Positions 46,272 through 55,928 of a DNA stretch of 58,194 bases are shown piece after piece; position 1 is the first letter of the stretch; every line of letters starts with the position of its first letter. A program made the translations under genes and the position numbers. Under the pieces are notes generated by a model that saw only the letters and a list, made by a program, of their open reading frames with translations, ran no database searches and was not told the origin of the DNA. Source of the stretch: an uncultured Candidatus Saccharibacteria bacterium (lineage in GTDB: Bacteria > Patescibacteriota > Minisyncoccia > Phycocordibacterales > DATGWK01); assembly GCA_964428845.1 (NCBI GenBank), contig CAYRZH010000001.1:1-58194 (forward strand). Reading direction: 5' to 3'.

Positions 46272-47543
46272 CTAGTACTCCCTGATAGAAACTTGAGCGT
46301 CTACTTTCTTGATGAGATCGATAACAACTGAAACGACGATGAGAAGAGCCGTACCACCGATCGCGAATGTGGTGATGCCAGTAATTGATCGTATAGCAAG
46401 AGGAAGAACGGCGATTATGCCGAGGAATATAGCGCCCACTAGAGTCAGACGAGTAAGAATACGAGCGATGTGTTCGGAGGTTGATTGGCCTGGGCGTACG
46501 CCTGGAATAAACGCACCGCTTTTCTGGAGATTTGTGGCAATAGTGTCTGGATCGAAGGTAACAGCTGTGTAGAAGTATGTGAAGACGAAGACAAGGAGGA
46601 AGTAGAGACCTGCATAAATCCAACCGTTTGCAAGCCAGGACAAAACTGTCTGGGAAACATTTTTGACAATCTCGTTGTCTACAGCGGCAAGAAAGTTGAA
46701 GATCATTTGAGGAAAAAGTAAAATCGACAATGCAAAAATGATCGGAATGACGCCGGCTTGATTGATCCTAAGTGGCAAGTAAGTAGAGATACCACCATAA
46801 ACCTTCATTCCTCGAACTCGCTTGGCGTACGTTATCGGGATTGGTCGTTCGGCTTCGGTAATAATAACTACACCCAAGATAACGAGGATGGTACCGACCA
46901 AAAGCGCTAGATAGATAGGAATTTGAGAAATATCAAAGACAAACTGGAATCGAGCGATGCTTATAGGCAACTGGGCTACGATACCAGCGAAAATGATGAG
47001 GGAAACGCCGTTACCAATGCCAAACTCGGTAATCAGTTCTCCGATCCACATGAGGAGGATGGAGCCGGCGGTAATCACGAGGATATTGACGGCAAAGTCA
47101 AAAAGCCCGAAATGAGAAATAATCCCCTGACCTTTGAGTATAGAAAGGAATCCATATGCCTGGACTATAGCAAGCGGCACAGTAAGGAGACGAGAGTACT
47201 GGGCAAATTTCTTTCGCCCTGCTTCCCCTTCCTCCTGGTAGAGGGCCTTCAGTCGTGGCGACATGATAGTAAGAAGCTGCATGATAATAGAAGCCGTAAT
47301 GTATGGGCCAACACCAAGCATCACGATAGACAGATTCGAAAGCCCTCCTCCAGAAAATATGTTCAGAAGACCGATAAACTCATTGCTCGCAAGGAAGCTC
47401 TGAAGTCTCACAGGATCGACACCTGGTGTGGGGATTATGGCCAATATACGAAAAAGGACTAGAGCTCCAAGGGTAAAAAAGATTCGCTTTCTTAAAATGC
47501 GGTCGTGAAAGATTAGACTGAATTTTGCTATGGCTGTTTTCAT
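46272..47543 (-). CDS. secY: Preprotein translocase SecY
   Basis: GVGPYITASIIMQLL, GIGNGVSLIIF, GAFIPGVRPG, GGTALLIVVSV. Confidence 0.97.
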   Translation of the reverse strand: MKTAIAKFSLIFHDRILRKRIFFTLGALVLFRILAIIPTPGVDPVRLQSFLASNEFIGLLNIFSGGGLSNLSIVMLGVGPYITASIIMQLLTIMSPRLKALYQEEGEAGRKKFAQYSRLLTVPLAIVQAYGFLSILKGQGIISHFGLFDFAVNILVITAGSILLMWIGELITEFGIGNGVSLIIFAGIVAQLPISIARFQFVFDISQIPIYLALLVGTILVILGVVIITEAERPIPITYAKRVRGMKVYGGISTYLPLRINQAGVIPIIFALSILLFPQMIFNFLAAVDNEIVKNVSQTVLSWLANGWIYAGLYFLLVFVFTYFYTAVTFDPDTIATNLQKSGAFIPGVRPGQSTSEHIARILTRLTLVGAIFLGIIAVLPLAIRSITGITTFAIGGTALLIVVSVVIDLIKKVDAQVSIREY

Positions 47544-47974
47544 TAGACTATTTTACCACCAACTTTCTCTATTTTTTCTTTAGCTTTTACTGACACAAGA
47601 CAGTCTTTTACCATAACTTTCTTTGAAATGTCCCCGTCAGAAAGAATCTTCACTCGTGGTGGTAGGCCACCGACTTGCCTTATCAGTCCCTTTTTGAGAA
47701 GTGTGGTCGGAGAAACTGTTTCATCGGCAGCAAAAGCAGCTTCGACCATAGCTAGATGGATGATTTCTGGCTTGTTTGAAATACTTTTGAAGCTGTAACC
47801 TCGCAGCTTCGGGAGCTTCTTGATGATATCGCGGATTTCTGGTCGGGCCTTGTGACCAGCTCGGGCGAGTTGACCCTTAGTACCTCGGCCAGAAGTCTTG
47901 CCTCGCTTACCGCCACGGCCCACCTGGCGCGATTTCTTATTGGCTGTCTTTCTTTTAAGATTGTTGATTTGCAT
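47543..47974 (-). CDS. rplO: 50S ribosomal protein L15
   Basis: VGRGGKRGKTSGRGTKGQ..R, LPKLRG. Confidence 0.95.
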   Translation of the reverse strand: MQINNLKRKTANKKSRQVGRGGKRGKTSGRGTKGQLARAGHKARPEIRDIIKKLPKLRGYSFKSISNKPEIIHLAMVEAAFAADETVSPTTLLKKGLIRQVGGLPPRVKILSDGDISKKVMVKDCLVSVKAKEKIEKVGGKIV

Positions 47975-47980
47975 GTTGGT

Positions 47981-48676
47981 CTATTTGGTTTCTGAAAGAC
48001 TTATTTCCTCGGCATTTTCTCCACCTGCTTCTGTTGAAGTTTTAGCCTCCACCGGTGTGGCCACAACGGCAGGAGCAACCTTTGTTTTTGGTAATTTTCG
48101 TAATGCTTCTATAGCAACTCTGGCATTATTGATCTTATTTTTACTTCCAGAACGAATTTTTGCGCTAACATCTTTTATACCAGCAAGTTCCAACACCGTT
48201 CTTACAGAGGAGCCGGCAATGATTCCGCGATCTCGAGCTGGCATTATGACTACGCGAGAAGCTGAATATTTTGCCTCTATTTCGTGAGCAATGGAGGCAT
48301 TTTTCGTCAAATGAACGGTAATCATGTTTTTCTTGGCATCTCTCAAAGCCTTCTCTATGGCAAGCGAAGTGTCGCCCGCTTTCCCCAGCCCAACACCCAC
48401 AGATCCCTTTCTATTCCCCGCCACCATAGCCACGCTGAAGCTGAAACGGCGTCCACCAGTAACCACTCGAGTCACTCTCCTGATGCTGATTATTTTCTGA
48501 TCAAACTCCGGTCTCACCTTGCTTTCACGACGTGTAGTTTTCCTAACATTCTTTTTGAATTCTCGTGGGGCTTTTTTATCTGTCCTAGCATCAACCGATA
48601 CTGGTACAGGAATTTGAGCAGATGCTTCTGCAACTGTTTTTATCTCTGTATCCATTTGGGCTGTTTCCTTTTCCAT
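47981..48676 (-). CDS. rpsE: 30S ribosomal protein S5
   Basis: RRVTRVVTGGRRFSF; rpmD is absent between rpsE and rplO. Confidence 0.96.
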   Translation of the reverse strand: MEKETAQMDTEIKTVAEASAQIPVPVSVDARTDKKAPREFKKNVRKTTRRESKVRPEFDQKIISIRRVTRVVTGGRRFSFSVAMVAGNRKGSVGVGLGKAGDTSLAIEKALRDAKKNMITVHLTKNASIAHEIEAKYSASRVVIMPARDRGIIAGSSVRTVLELAGIKDVSAKIRSGSKNKINNARVAIEALRKLPKTKVAPAVVATPVEAKTSTEAGGENAEEISLSETK

Positions 48677-48687
48677 ATTTGTGTAGA

Positions 48688-49038
48688 TTAAAACTTAAGA
48701 CCTCCTTCTCTAGCACCTTCTGCTACAGCCTTTACTTTACCTGTGTAGACATAACCACCACGATCAAAAACGACACTTTGGATGCCACCCGCTTTGGCTT
48801 TCTCGGCCACCTGTTTACCAACCTCTTTTGCTTTTATAAGGGCAGTGTCCCCTTTGGCTTCAGTGGTTGAGGCAGAAAGAATAGTTTTGCCAGCTTCGTC
48901 GTCGATGAGTTGGGCATAGACGCGAGTATTGGACTTGAAAACGGAAAGTCTTGGGCGCTCCGGTGTGCCGAAAATCTTCGACCTTATTCGAGTTCGCCTT
49001 CTTTCTCTTTTTTCCTTTTTTTCTTGGCTTCTTTTCAT
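48688..49038 (-). CDS. rplR: 50S ribosomal protein L18
   Basis: [23 protein letters not shown]. Confidence 0.96.
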   Translation of the reverse strand: MKRSQEKKEKRERRRTRIRSKIFGTPERPRLSVFKSNTRVYAQLIDDEAGKTILSASTTEAKGDTALIKAKEVGKQVAEKAKAGGIQSVVFDRGGYVYTGKVKAVAEGAREGGLKF

Positions 49039-49071
49039 AATCGAAATTGATAGCGGGCAAATCCTGCTTTA

Positions 49072-49605
49072 TTAGGCAGCTTTCTTACCTTGTTTGCGTC
49101 TTATTACCTCACCGACATACATGATGCCCTTGCCCTTATACGGTTCTGGTTTCTTGAGGGCTCTGACATTTGCTACGAACTGCCCAACTTTTTCTTTGTC
49201 TATCCCAGAAACAGTAATTATATTTTTTTCTATAACGACCTTGAGATCTTTTGGGATAAGGACAGTTACCTGGTGTGAGAATCCTAGGTTCATAACAATC
49301 TTGTCAGCCTTAACTTCCGCTTTAAAACCGATGCCTTCGATAAGAAGTTTTTTCTCGTATGGCTTATTTACCCCCGAGACCATGTTTACGATATGTGAGG
49401 TAGTCGTCCCCCACAGAGCGGCCTCGTCTGATGCTGATTTTTCGGGAGCCGCGGTGACCATCCCATCGGAAACTTTAATAGATATGTCTCCTTTAAACTC
49501 TCGTGACAAAGAACCGAGAGGCCCAGTGACAGTAAGAGTATTGCCATCGATCTTGGCCGACGTCTTTTCCGGAAGCTTTATTTCTTTTTTGCCGATTCTT
49601 GACAT
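49072..49605 (-). CDS. rplF: 50S ribosomal protein L6
   Basis: MSRIGKK, PEPYKGKGI. Confidence 0.96.
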   Translation of the reverse strand: MSRIGKKEIKLPEKTSAKIDGNTLTVTGPLGSLSREFKGDISIKVSDGMVTAAPEKSASDEAALWGTTTSHIVNMVSGVNKPYEKKLLIEGIGFKAEVKADKIVMNLGFSHQVTVLIPKDLKVVIEKNIITVSGIDKEKVGQFVANVRALKKPEPYKGKGIMYVGEVIRRKQGKKAA

Positions 49606-49609
49606 TTTA

Positions 49610-49996
49610 TTACCAAATTCTAAATAGAATCTCTCCCCCGACGTTTTCTTTTTTGGCATCCTTATCAACCAAAACCCCTTTGGAGGTTGTAAGAACTGCT
49701 ACCCCAAAGCCCTGGCGAAAAGGCCTGATGTCTTTGGATTTCCCGTAGATTCGGCGGGATAGCTTCGACACTCTCTCTACACCCTTGATCTTCGGTTCGC
49801 TACCGCTATATGCGAGTTCAACTTCCATAGATTTCGCGACTTTTTTCCCTTTCTTTGAAAATGATTTTATGTAGCCAGCCTTTTCTAGAGTTTTGGCTAT
49901 AGAAGCATTCATATTTGAAAAAGGCACGGTGATGGACTTTTTACCAGAGTCACCAGCATTTTTGAGCATTATTATAAAGTTTGCGATGGAGTCCAT
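49610..49996 (-). CDS. rpsH: 30S ribosomal protein S8
   Basis: DSIANF, VSKLSRRIY, LTTSKG, GGEIL. Confidence 0.95.
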   Translation of the reverse strand: MDSIANFIIMLKNAGDSGKKSITVPFSNMNASIAKTLEKAGYIKSFSKKGKKVAKSMEVELAYSGSEPKIKGVERVSKLSRRIYGKSKDIRPFRQGFGVAVLTTSKGVLVDKDAKKENVGGEILFRIW

Positions 49997-50004
49997 TTTA
50001 GAAA

Positions 50005-50190
50005 TTACCAAGAAGATTTCTTAACGCCCGGAATCTTGCCTTCATTTGCAAGTTCCCTGAAGCAAATTCGGCAGAGATCGAATTCTCTCATATAGCTACG
50101 TTTACGGCCACATTTAAAGCATCTTCGCACTGTTCTTGTGCTGAATTTTGGTTGTTTTCTTGCGCGTGCTTTTGTAGATGATTTGGCCAT
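50005..50190 (-). CDS. rpsN: 30S ribosomal protein S14 (type Z, zinc-binding)
   Basis: 61 aa; CFKC..CRIC; PGVKKSSW. Confidence 0.96.
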   Translation of the reverse strand: MAKSSTKARARKQPKFSTRTVRRCFKCGRKRSYMREFDLCRICFRELANEGKIPGVKKSSW

Positions 50191-50406
50191 TTAACAAAAA
50201 AGCTCTAAGAAGCTTGGGCCTCATACTAGCAAAAAACGCCTTGTAAAGTCAAACAAAATAGAAAATAGAGCCCTTTGGACATGTATCTCGTATTTTAATA
50301 AAAAAAGAACGCCCTCGTAAGAAAAAGCGTTCGTGATAGCTATCAGGATCTCTACTGGCCGCCGACTACAGATCCAGGAGACTCCTTAGAGGGGGCGCAG
50401 ACTCAA

Positions 50407-50766
50407 TTATTCTTTCTCAATTAGCCTTTGCACAGCTCCAAGCGCGCACACCCACCCAATCATTATGACTCGAAGAAAAGCAACAAACGCGAGGAGCAGC
50501 CAGCAAATTAACAGAAGTGCCTCTTTAAAAGGCCGTTCTGTGCCAAAAGCCCGAGAGAGGTCGGGAAACCTCGGCACACCAAAGGTGATACACCAATTCA
50601 CGAAGTCCATGAAACTCGCGTCCGCTGGCAACGACTCCCTGTACGCCGACAGGAGGAGTATCCCGAGCACGGATCCACAAATGAAAACATTGGACCCGAT
50701 GCGGAACGTCCGTACGGCTTTGGTCTCATTTTCGATATAAACGCGGATGTTCTCAACGGTCGCCAC
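50407..50766 (-). CDS. Hypothetical membrane protein inserted between rplE and rpsN
   Basis: AAAGGAG before GTG at 50766; two hydrophobic segments; upstream TTGACC..TACAAT. Confidence 0.65.
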   Translation of the reverse strand: MATVENIRVYIENETKAVRTFRIGSNVFICGSVLGILLLSAYRESLPADASFMDFVNWCITFGVPRFPDLSRAFGTERPFKEALLLICWLLLAFVAFLRVIMIGWVCALGAVQRLIEKE

Positions 50767-50910
50767 AACAAGTCTCCTTTCGTTCGATGTGAAATCCGGC
50801 TGATGTTTATTTTTCAGATTGCCGCACGACAATCTAGATCCAGACACATTGTATAACACAAAAAGCAAAGGTCAAGTGTCTTATAGGCCCGACATTCTTA
50901 AGAAGAATTA

Positions 50911-51525
50911 CTATTTAGTAGCGGGTGAGGTATCTTCCTTCTTCTTTTTCTTAGCCTTTTTTGCTTTTGCCTTTGGAGATTCGCTCTCTTCTTTTTTCTT
51001 AAAAGGAAATCCTAAGTGTTCAAGAAAAGCTTTTGCCTCTTCCTTAGTTTTCGCCGTAGTCACGACAGTTATGCCTAGACCAAAGACATCTTTTAGGTCT
51101 TCATCTGAAGTCTCTGGGAAGATCGTATGTTCTCTCACGCCGATAGTGTAATTGCCCATAGCATCTATGGCTCGTAGCGGAAGACCTCGGAAGTCCTTGG
51201 TTCGTGGCAGAGCAATATTCAAAAGACGGTCGAGAAAATCAAACATCCTGGCGCCACGGAGAGTGGCTTGAAAGCCGACCGGATCACCTTGCCTTACTTT
51301 AAAAGCTGCGATAGAAATCTTGGCACCCTTTTTTGAAGGTTTCTGACCAACAATCTTTGTAAGGCGATTCTCAACGATATCAATCTTCTTCTTGTCCTTG
51401 AAAGAGCCGACACCTGCGCCCACGACAACCTTCACAAGCTTGGGTGCTTGCATTTTATTTTTGTAATGAAAAGAGTCTTTGAGCTTTTCGAAAGAAGTAT
51501 TGTTTTGTGTTCTTGAGGAAATCAT
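50911..51525 (-). CDS. rplE: 50S ribosomal protein L5
   Basis: IAAFKVRQG, LPRTKDFRG, GNYTIG; Lys-rich C-terminal tail. Confidence 0.97.
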   Translation of the reverse strand: MISSRTQNNTSFEKLKDSFHYKNKMQAPKLVKVVVGAGVGSFKDKKKIDIVENRLTKIVGQKPSKKGAKISIAAFKVRQGDPVGFQATLRGARMFDFLDRLLNIALPRTKDFRGLPLRAIDAMGNYTIGVREHTIFPETSDEDLKDVFGLGITVVTTAKTKEEAKAFLEHLGFPFKKKEESESPKAKAKKAKKKKKEDTSPATK

Positions 51526-51558
51526 TTTATTGAAGTTTTAGAAATCTAGGGTCGGGAA

Positions 51559-51867
51559 TTAAGAAAGGCTAGTTTTGCTTTTTACACTTACTCGAGTACG
51601 CCCCTCCCCATCTCGCTTGATAGATATCCTTGATGGTTTTTTGGTTTGGGGATCAACGATCATTACATTTGAAACGTGGACTGGCATAGTTTTGTCTATG
51701 ATCTGACCTTTAGTTCCAGCCTTGGTCGGGCGCTTGTGGGCCTTGATGACATTCACCCCCTCTACGATTACCCTATCCAGACGCGGCATAGCCCGAAGAA
51801 CTTTTCCGCTCTTCCCCTTGTCTTTTCCAGAAACCACTATTACATTGTCGCCTTTCTTTATTTTCAT
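51559..51867 (-). CDS. rplX: 50S ribosomal protein L24
   Basis: IKKGDNV.V.SGKDKGK KOW motif. Confidence 0.96.
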   Translation of the reverse strand: MKIKKGDNVIVVSGKDKGKSGKVLRAMPRLDRVIVEGVNVIKAHKRPTKAGTKGQIIDKTMPVHVSNVMIVDPQTKKPSRISIKRDGEGRTRVSVKSKTSLS

Positions 51868-51874
51868 AATAGTT

Positions 51875-52246
51875 TTATACAACCTCGGGCGAGCGGGAAA
51901 TTATTGTTTGGAAACCTCTTTCCCCTATTTCACGAGGGATAGGTCCGAAGATTCTTCCAGCAATTGGCTCATTTTTGTCTTTCTCCACTATCACCACAGC
52001 ATTCTCATCGAAACGTATGTATGATCCGTCCTTTCTGCGAAATGGCGCTCTCTGGCGTACCACCACCGCACGGAGAACGTCTTTCTTCTTTATCACTTTT
52101 CGAGGAGCAGCTTTTTGTACAGAAAGCACTACGAGATCACCGATCCGAGCGTATCTTTTTTTTGAGCTTCCGAGCACTTTGAAAATTCGCCCGATTTGGC
52201 CACCTGAATTGTCAGCTATTTTTACTATTGAGCGTGGTTGTATCAT
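51875..52246 (-). CDS. rplN: 50S ribosomal protein L14
   Basis: MIQ..ADNSG, RFDENAVV, RIFGPIPRE. Confidence 0.97.
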   Translation of the reverse strand: MIQPRSIVKIADNSGGQIGRIFKVLGSSKKRYARIGDLVVLSVQKAAPRKVIKKKDVLRAVVVRQRAPFRRKDGSYIRFDENAVVIVEKDKNEPIAGRIFGPIPREIGERGFQTIISRSPEVV

Positions 52247-52503
52247 GCGATTACTTTAAATCTTTTGTCACGAGAAACTGGGGCGGTTTCCTCTATGGTA
52301 GCCGTTTCGCCAACCTTTTTGGTATTGCCAGGGTTATGAGCTTTAAATCTTTTGGTTTTAACCTGGTACTTTCCATACTTTGGGTGTTTGGCATATCGCT
52401 CGACCAAGACAACTACTGTATCTTTCATTTTGTCAGATACGACTACTCCCACAAGAGTTTTCTTGGTGTGTCGAGGACTATTATTTTTTACTGGATTTTC
52501 CAT
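52243..52503 (-). CDS. rpsQ: 30S ribosomal protein S17
   Basis: GVVVSDKMKDT, HPKYGK. Confidence 0.96.
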   Translation of the reverse strand: MENPVKNNSPRHTKKTLVGVVVSDKMKDTVVVLVERYAKHPKYGKYQVKTKRFKAHNPGNTKKVGETATIEETAPVSRDKRFKVIA

Positions 52504-52532
52504 GAAAATTTTTATTGCTTAGCAAGAGGTCT

Positions 52533-52715
52533 TTATGTCGTCTTGCGATTGTATTCTGTAAGAATCCTTGCGATGTCTTTTTTTATATTATTCCCCTCTT
52601 TGACATTCCTGACCTTGCTACCCGCAACACCAAAGCGAAAACTTTTGAGCGCGGCCTGTTTTTCATGCAATAATGCAGTCAGTTCTTTTTTATCTTTGTT
52701 TTTAATGTCATTCAT
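52533..52715 (-). CDS. rpmC: 50S ribosomal protein L29
   Basis: L..FRF, IKKDIARILT. Confidence 0.92.
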   Translation of the reverse strand: MNDIKNKDKKELTALLHEKQAALKSFRFGVAGSKVRNVKEGNNIKKDIARILTEYNRKTT

Positions 52716-52740
52716 GTTTTTCGTCCGAGATAGACTATCA

Positions 52741-53163
52741 TTATTCTTCTCGAGAAACAAACCTAGATTTTACGGGCAGTTTGGTACCGGCCTTTCGGAT
52801 TGCTTCTTTTGCCGTCGGTAAGTCCACTCCATCGATTTCAAAGACAATTCTACCCGGCAGGACTGGCACCTGGTAACCCTGCGGATCGCCTTTTCCTTTA
52901 CCAAGTTTCACTTCGGCAGGTTTTGCCGTAAAAGGCATGTCAGGAAATACTCTTATCCAGACGCGACCTGTCTTGCCAAGGGAGCGAGCTAGAACTTTTC
53001 TGGCAGCCTCGAGCTGATTGGAACGAATCCGAGCATAAGAAGTAGCCTTAAGACCATAAGAACCAAAAGAAAGATAAGTGCCACGCGAAGCAACCCCAAC
53101 CTTTTTCGGATTTTTCCTGAAAGTGTGCCACTTTCGATATTTAACTTTTTTTGGCAATAACAT
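52741..53163 (-). CDS. rplP: 50S ribosomal protein L16
   Basis: MLLPKKVKYRK, WIRVFPD, GKGKG, KLPVK. Confidence 0.97.
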   Translation of the reverse strand: MLLPKKVKYRKWHTFRKNPKKVGVASRGTYLSFGSYGLKATSYARIRSNQLEAARKVLARSLGKTGRVWIRVFPDMPFTAKPAEVKLGKGKGDPQGYQVPVLPGRIVFEIDGVDLPTAKEAIRKAGTKLPVKSRFVSREE

Positions 53164-53176
53164 ATATTTAAATTTA

Positions 53177-53857
53177 TTACTGTCTACCCGCCACTTTCTG
53201 TTCTGAAGCAAAAATATCTCCTCTGTAGATCCAAACTTTTATACCTATCCTGCCATATGTCATGCGAGCTTCGTGACGGGCAAAATCTATATCCGCGCGT
53301 AGAGTTTGGAGAGGTACTCTACCTTTCTTCTGCTTTTCGACACGGGCCATTTCGGCACCACCAAGCCGGCCTGAAAGTTCAACCTTCACACCCTTCACTT
53401 CTCTGTTGGCCATGACCTTCTCGACTGCTTGCTTGGCCACTCGCCTAAAAGGCATTCTTTTCTCGAGACCTTCGGCGATCATCTGGGCTACGATTTGGGC
53501 ATTTGCCTCCGGATAGCGGATCTCTTTGATATCTACCTTCAGCTCTTCTTTCGAAGAGATTCCCGCCTTTTTCATAGCTTTTTCCAGATCGGTTTTGAGC
53601 TTTATCGCACCTTCACCGCTCCGACCTATGATAAGTCCCGGGCGGGATGTCTCGATAATGATGCGAAGGGTTTTTTGACCTCGTTCGATCTCGATATTGC
53701 TTACATACATAGAACGAAGACGCCCTTCCAAAAACTTTCTTATGAGGATGTCACTTTTCAGGAACTTTTTATAGTTGCTCTTAGAAGCAAACCAGCGTGA
53801 CTTCCAGTCGCGAATGATTCCTAATCGATGTGAATATGGGTGTACTACGTGAGACAT
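53177..53857 (-). CDS. rpsC: 30S ribosomal protein S3
   Basis: HPYSHRLG, RPGLIIGR KH domain, PLQTLRADID. Confidence 0.97.
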   Translation of the reverse strand: MSHVVHPYSHRLGIIRDWKSRWFASKSNYKKFLKSDILIRKFLEGRLRSMYVSNIEIERGQKTLRIIIETSRPGLIIGRSGEGAIKLKTDLEKAMKKAGISSKEELKVDIKEIRYPEANAQIVAQMIAEGLEKRMPFRRVAKQAVEKVMANREVKGVKVELSGRLGGAEMARVEKQKKGRVPLQTLRADIDFARHEARMTYGRIGIKVWIYRGDIFASEQKVAGRQ

Positions 53858-53861
53858 GTGA

Positions 53862-54227
53862 TTATTTTGTTTTTGTTGGATTTGTGACAACTTCAGGCTT
53901 AGCCGCAAGTGACACAAAGATACGACTGGTGCGTTTTTTTATCGGAAATGCACGCCCTCTCGACATCGGACGTCTACGAGCAAGAGTCGCTCCGGCGTTG
54001 ACTGTTATCTCTTTTACTACGAGAGTATTCACATCTAACCCCGCGTTTTTTGCATTGGAAACAGCGGACTCGATGAGTTTCTTGATAGGAGCTGCTGCTT
54101 TTTTCTCTGCAAAGGCGAGGGAGTTTAGGGCAGCAGAAACAGGTTTACCGCGGACTAGACCAGCAAGAAGTCGTACTTTCCTAGGAGACTGTCTGTGATT
54201 ATTGAGTTCGGCTTTTGCGTGGTCCAT
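53862..54227 (-). CDS. rplV: 50S ribosomal protein L22
   Basis: SPRKVRL, KLIESAVSNA, RPMSRGRA. Confidence 0.96.
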   Translation of the reverse strand: MDHAKAELNNHRQSPRKVRLLAGLVRGKPVSAALNSLAFAEKKAAAPIKKLIESAVSNAKNAGLDVNTLVVKEITVNAGATLARRRPMSRGRAFPIKKRTSRIFVSLAAKPEVVTNPTKTK

Positions 54228-54232
54228 GATAG

Positions 54233-54580
54233 TTACTTTTTATTTGTATCACTTGCGGCAACTTTTGCGGAAGCGGCGGCAGCCATTTCAGACTCTTTTT
54301 TCTTCATCTCAAGCTCTTTCTGCATCTTACCTCCATGTTTTGTAAACTTGCGTGTTGGAGAAAATTCGCCGAGTCTATGGCCTACCATATCTTCTGTCAC
54401 AAAGACCTCTAGATGCTCTCTGCCATTATGAACGCCAAAGGTGAAGCCAACCATTTCTGGAGCGATCTGGCTGTCACGAGCCCAAGTTCGAATAACCCCG
54501 GCATCGTTCGGTTTCTTCCCTGAAATCTTCTTCAGTAATTTTTCGTAGACGTAAGGTCCTTTTTTGAGAGATCGTGTCAT
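54233..54580 (-). CDS. rpsS: 30S ribosomal protein S19
   Basis: [20 protein letters not shown]; C-terminal extension. Confidence 0.97.
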   Translation of the reverse strand: MTRSLKKGPYVYEKLLKKISGKKPNDAGVIRTWARDSQIAPEMVGFTFGVHNGREHLEVFVTEDMVGHRLGEFSPTRKFTKHGGKMQKELEMKKKESEMAAAASAKVAASDTNKK

Positions 54581-54693
54581 AGAAACTAGTTACACTCACC
54601 TGTGACATCTAAAACAAAAACAGCTTTAAGCTGCGTGGTGACTATAATAACAGACAGGTCTAAATAGTCAACAAAACAAGCTTTTCCTTCATT

Positions 54694-55545
54694 TTATTGC
54701 TCTTTCTTCTTTTTTCCAACCCTACGACGAGAGACAATAAACATATTGGAGTATTTCTTTGGAGTCCTAGATTTCTGACCCTTTCCTGTCGGCTTACCCC
54801 ACCGGCTTTTGGCTCGTCTAATACCTCGCCCCGATCTTCCTTCACCTCCACCATATGGATGGTCTACCGGGTTCATAGCAGAACCGCGAACCGTCGGGCG
54901 AATACCTAGCCACCTGTTTCTGCCCGCCTTTCCTATATTTACAAGCCTATTTTCTTCGTTTGAGACTTCTCCGATACTTGCCCAAGCTGTTTCTTGAACC
55001 TTCCTCACTTCGCTTGAAGGAAGCTTGAGATCAACGTAGCCAGCGTCACGAGCCACAACCTCGGCAAAGTTCCCGGCAGAACGGGCAAGCTTTGCCCCAC
55101 CTCCAGTCTTGATCTCTACGTTATATACAAATGTTCCGACGATAATATTCTTGAGAGGAAGTCTGTTACCTGGGGCTATCGGAGCATTTTCTGCGGTTAT
55201 AAGGGTCGTGCCGGGCTTTACTCCCTTTGGCAATAGGACATAACGCTTCTCGCCGTCCTTATAGAAAACCAAACCGATAAAACCTGAACGATTAGGATCG
55301 TACTCTATAGTCTTCACAACTCCTGGAACGCCCACTTTATCCATTCTAAAGTCCACATCGCGGAAGAGTCTTTTGTGACCACCACCTTTGTGGCGGGTAG
55401 TGATTCTCCCAAAGCGATTGCGACCGGCCGCTCGTCTATTGCCAAAAGTTAGAGATTTCTGTGGTTCGGAAGCAGTAAGCAACTTCCCGTAGGGAATAGT
55501 TGTCATGTGTCGGCGAGATGGTGAGCGGGGTTCGTATCTTTTCAT
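54694..55545 (-). CDS. rplB: 50S ribosomal protein L2
   Basis: GRITTRHKGGGHK, EYDPNRS, VRGSAMNPVDHPYGGGEG. Confidence 0.98.
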   Translation of the reverse strand: MKRYEPRSPSRRHMTTIPYGKLLTASEPQKSLTFGNRRAAGRNRFGRITTRHKGGGHKRLFRDVDFRMDKVGVPGVVKTIEYDPNRSGFIGLVFYKDGEKRYVLLPKGVKPGTTLITAENAPIAPGNRLPLKNIIVGTFVYNVEIKTGGGAKLARSAGNFAEVVARDAGYVDLKLPSSEVRKVQETAWASIGEVSNEENRLVNIGKAGRNRWLGIRPTVRGSAMNPVDHPYGGGEGRSGRGIRRAKSRWGKPTGKGQKSRTPKKYSNMFIVSRRRVGKKKKEQ

Positions 55546-55549
55546 GTTT

Positions 55550-55927
55550 TTATATTACTTCAATCTTATCTCCCTTCTTCAGGTAGATATAAGCTTTCTT
55601 GCCGCCTGACTGGACACCCCTTTTACCTCTAGAAAAAACGTTCTTTGAAGGTGTCTGAACTATAGCAACTTTTACGGGAGCGACTTTGTATTCATCAAGT
55701 ATAGCTTTGCGGATTGTATCTTTATTCGCCTCTCTCGTGACCTCGAAGACGTAAACGTTCTGGGATTCGGCAAGCAAGCTAGCCTTTTCTGTAATTCTTG
55801 GTTTTTTTAGAACGGAAGATGCAAAATTTGTTGTGCTTCTGGCTGTACCTTTAGCTGTACCTTTAACAGTCTCCACTTTTGGAGCCGCTGTGTCTACAGT
55901 ATTCTTCTTTTTACTAAATAGGGCCAT
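55550..55927 (-). CDS. rplW: 50S ribosomal protein L23
   Basis: PRITEKA, KKAYIYL. Confidence 0.94.
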   Translation of the reverse strand: MALFSKKKNTVDTAAPKVETVKGTAKGTARSTTNFASSVLKKPRITEKASLLAESQNVYVFEVTREANKDTIRKAILDEYKVAPVKVAIVQTPSKNVFSRGKRGVQSGGKKAYIYLKKGDKIEVI

Positions 55928-55928
55928 T

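Noticed and set aside
45520-46623. 367-aa ORF suggesting an N-terminally extended kinase
   Set aside because: The extension is an alternative frame of secY; adk starts at 46116.
47975-47980. Absence of rpmD (L30)
   Set aside because: An established CPR trait; used as lineage evidence only.
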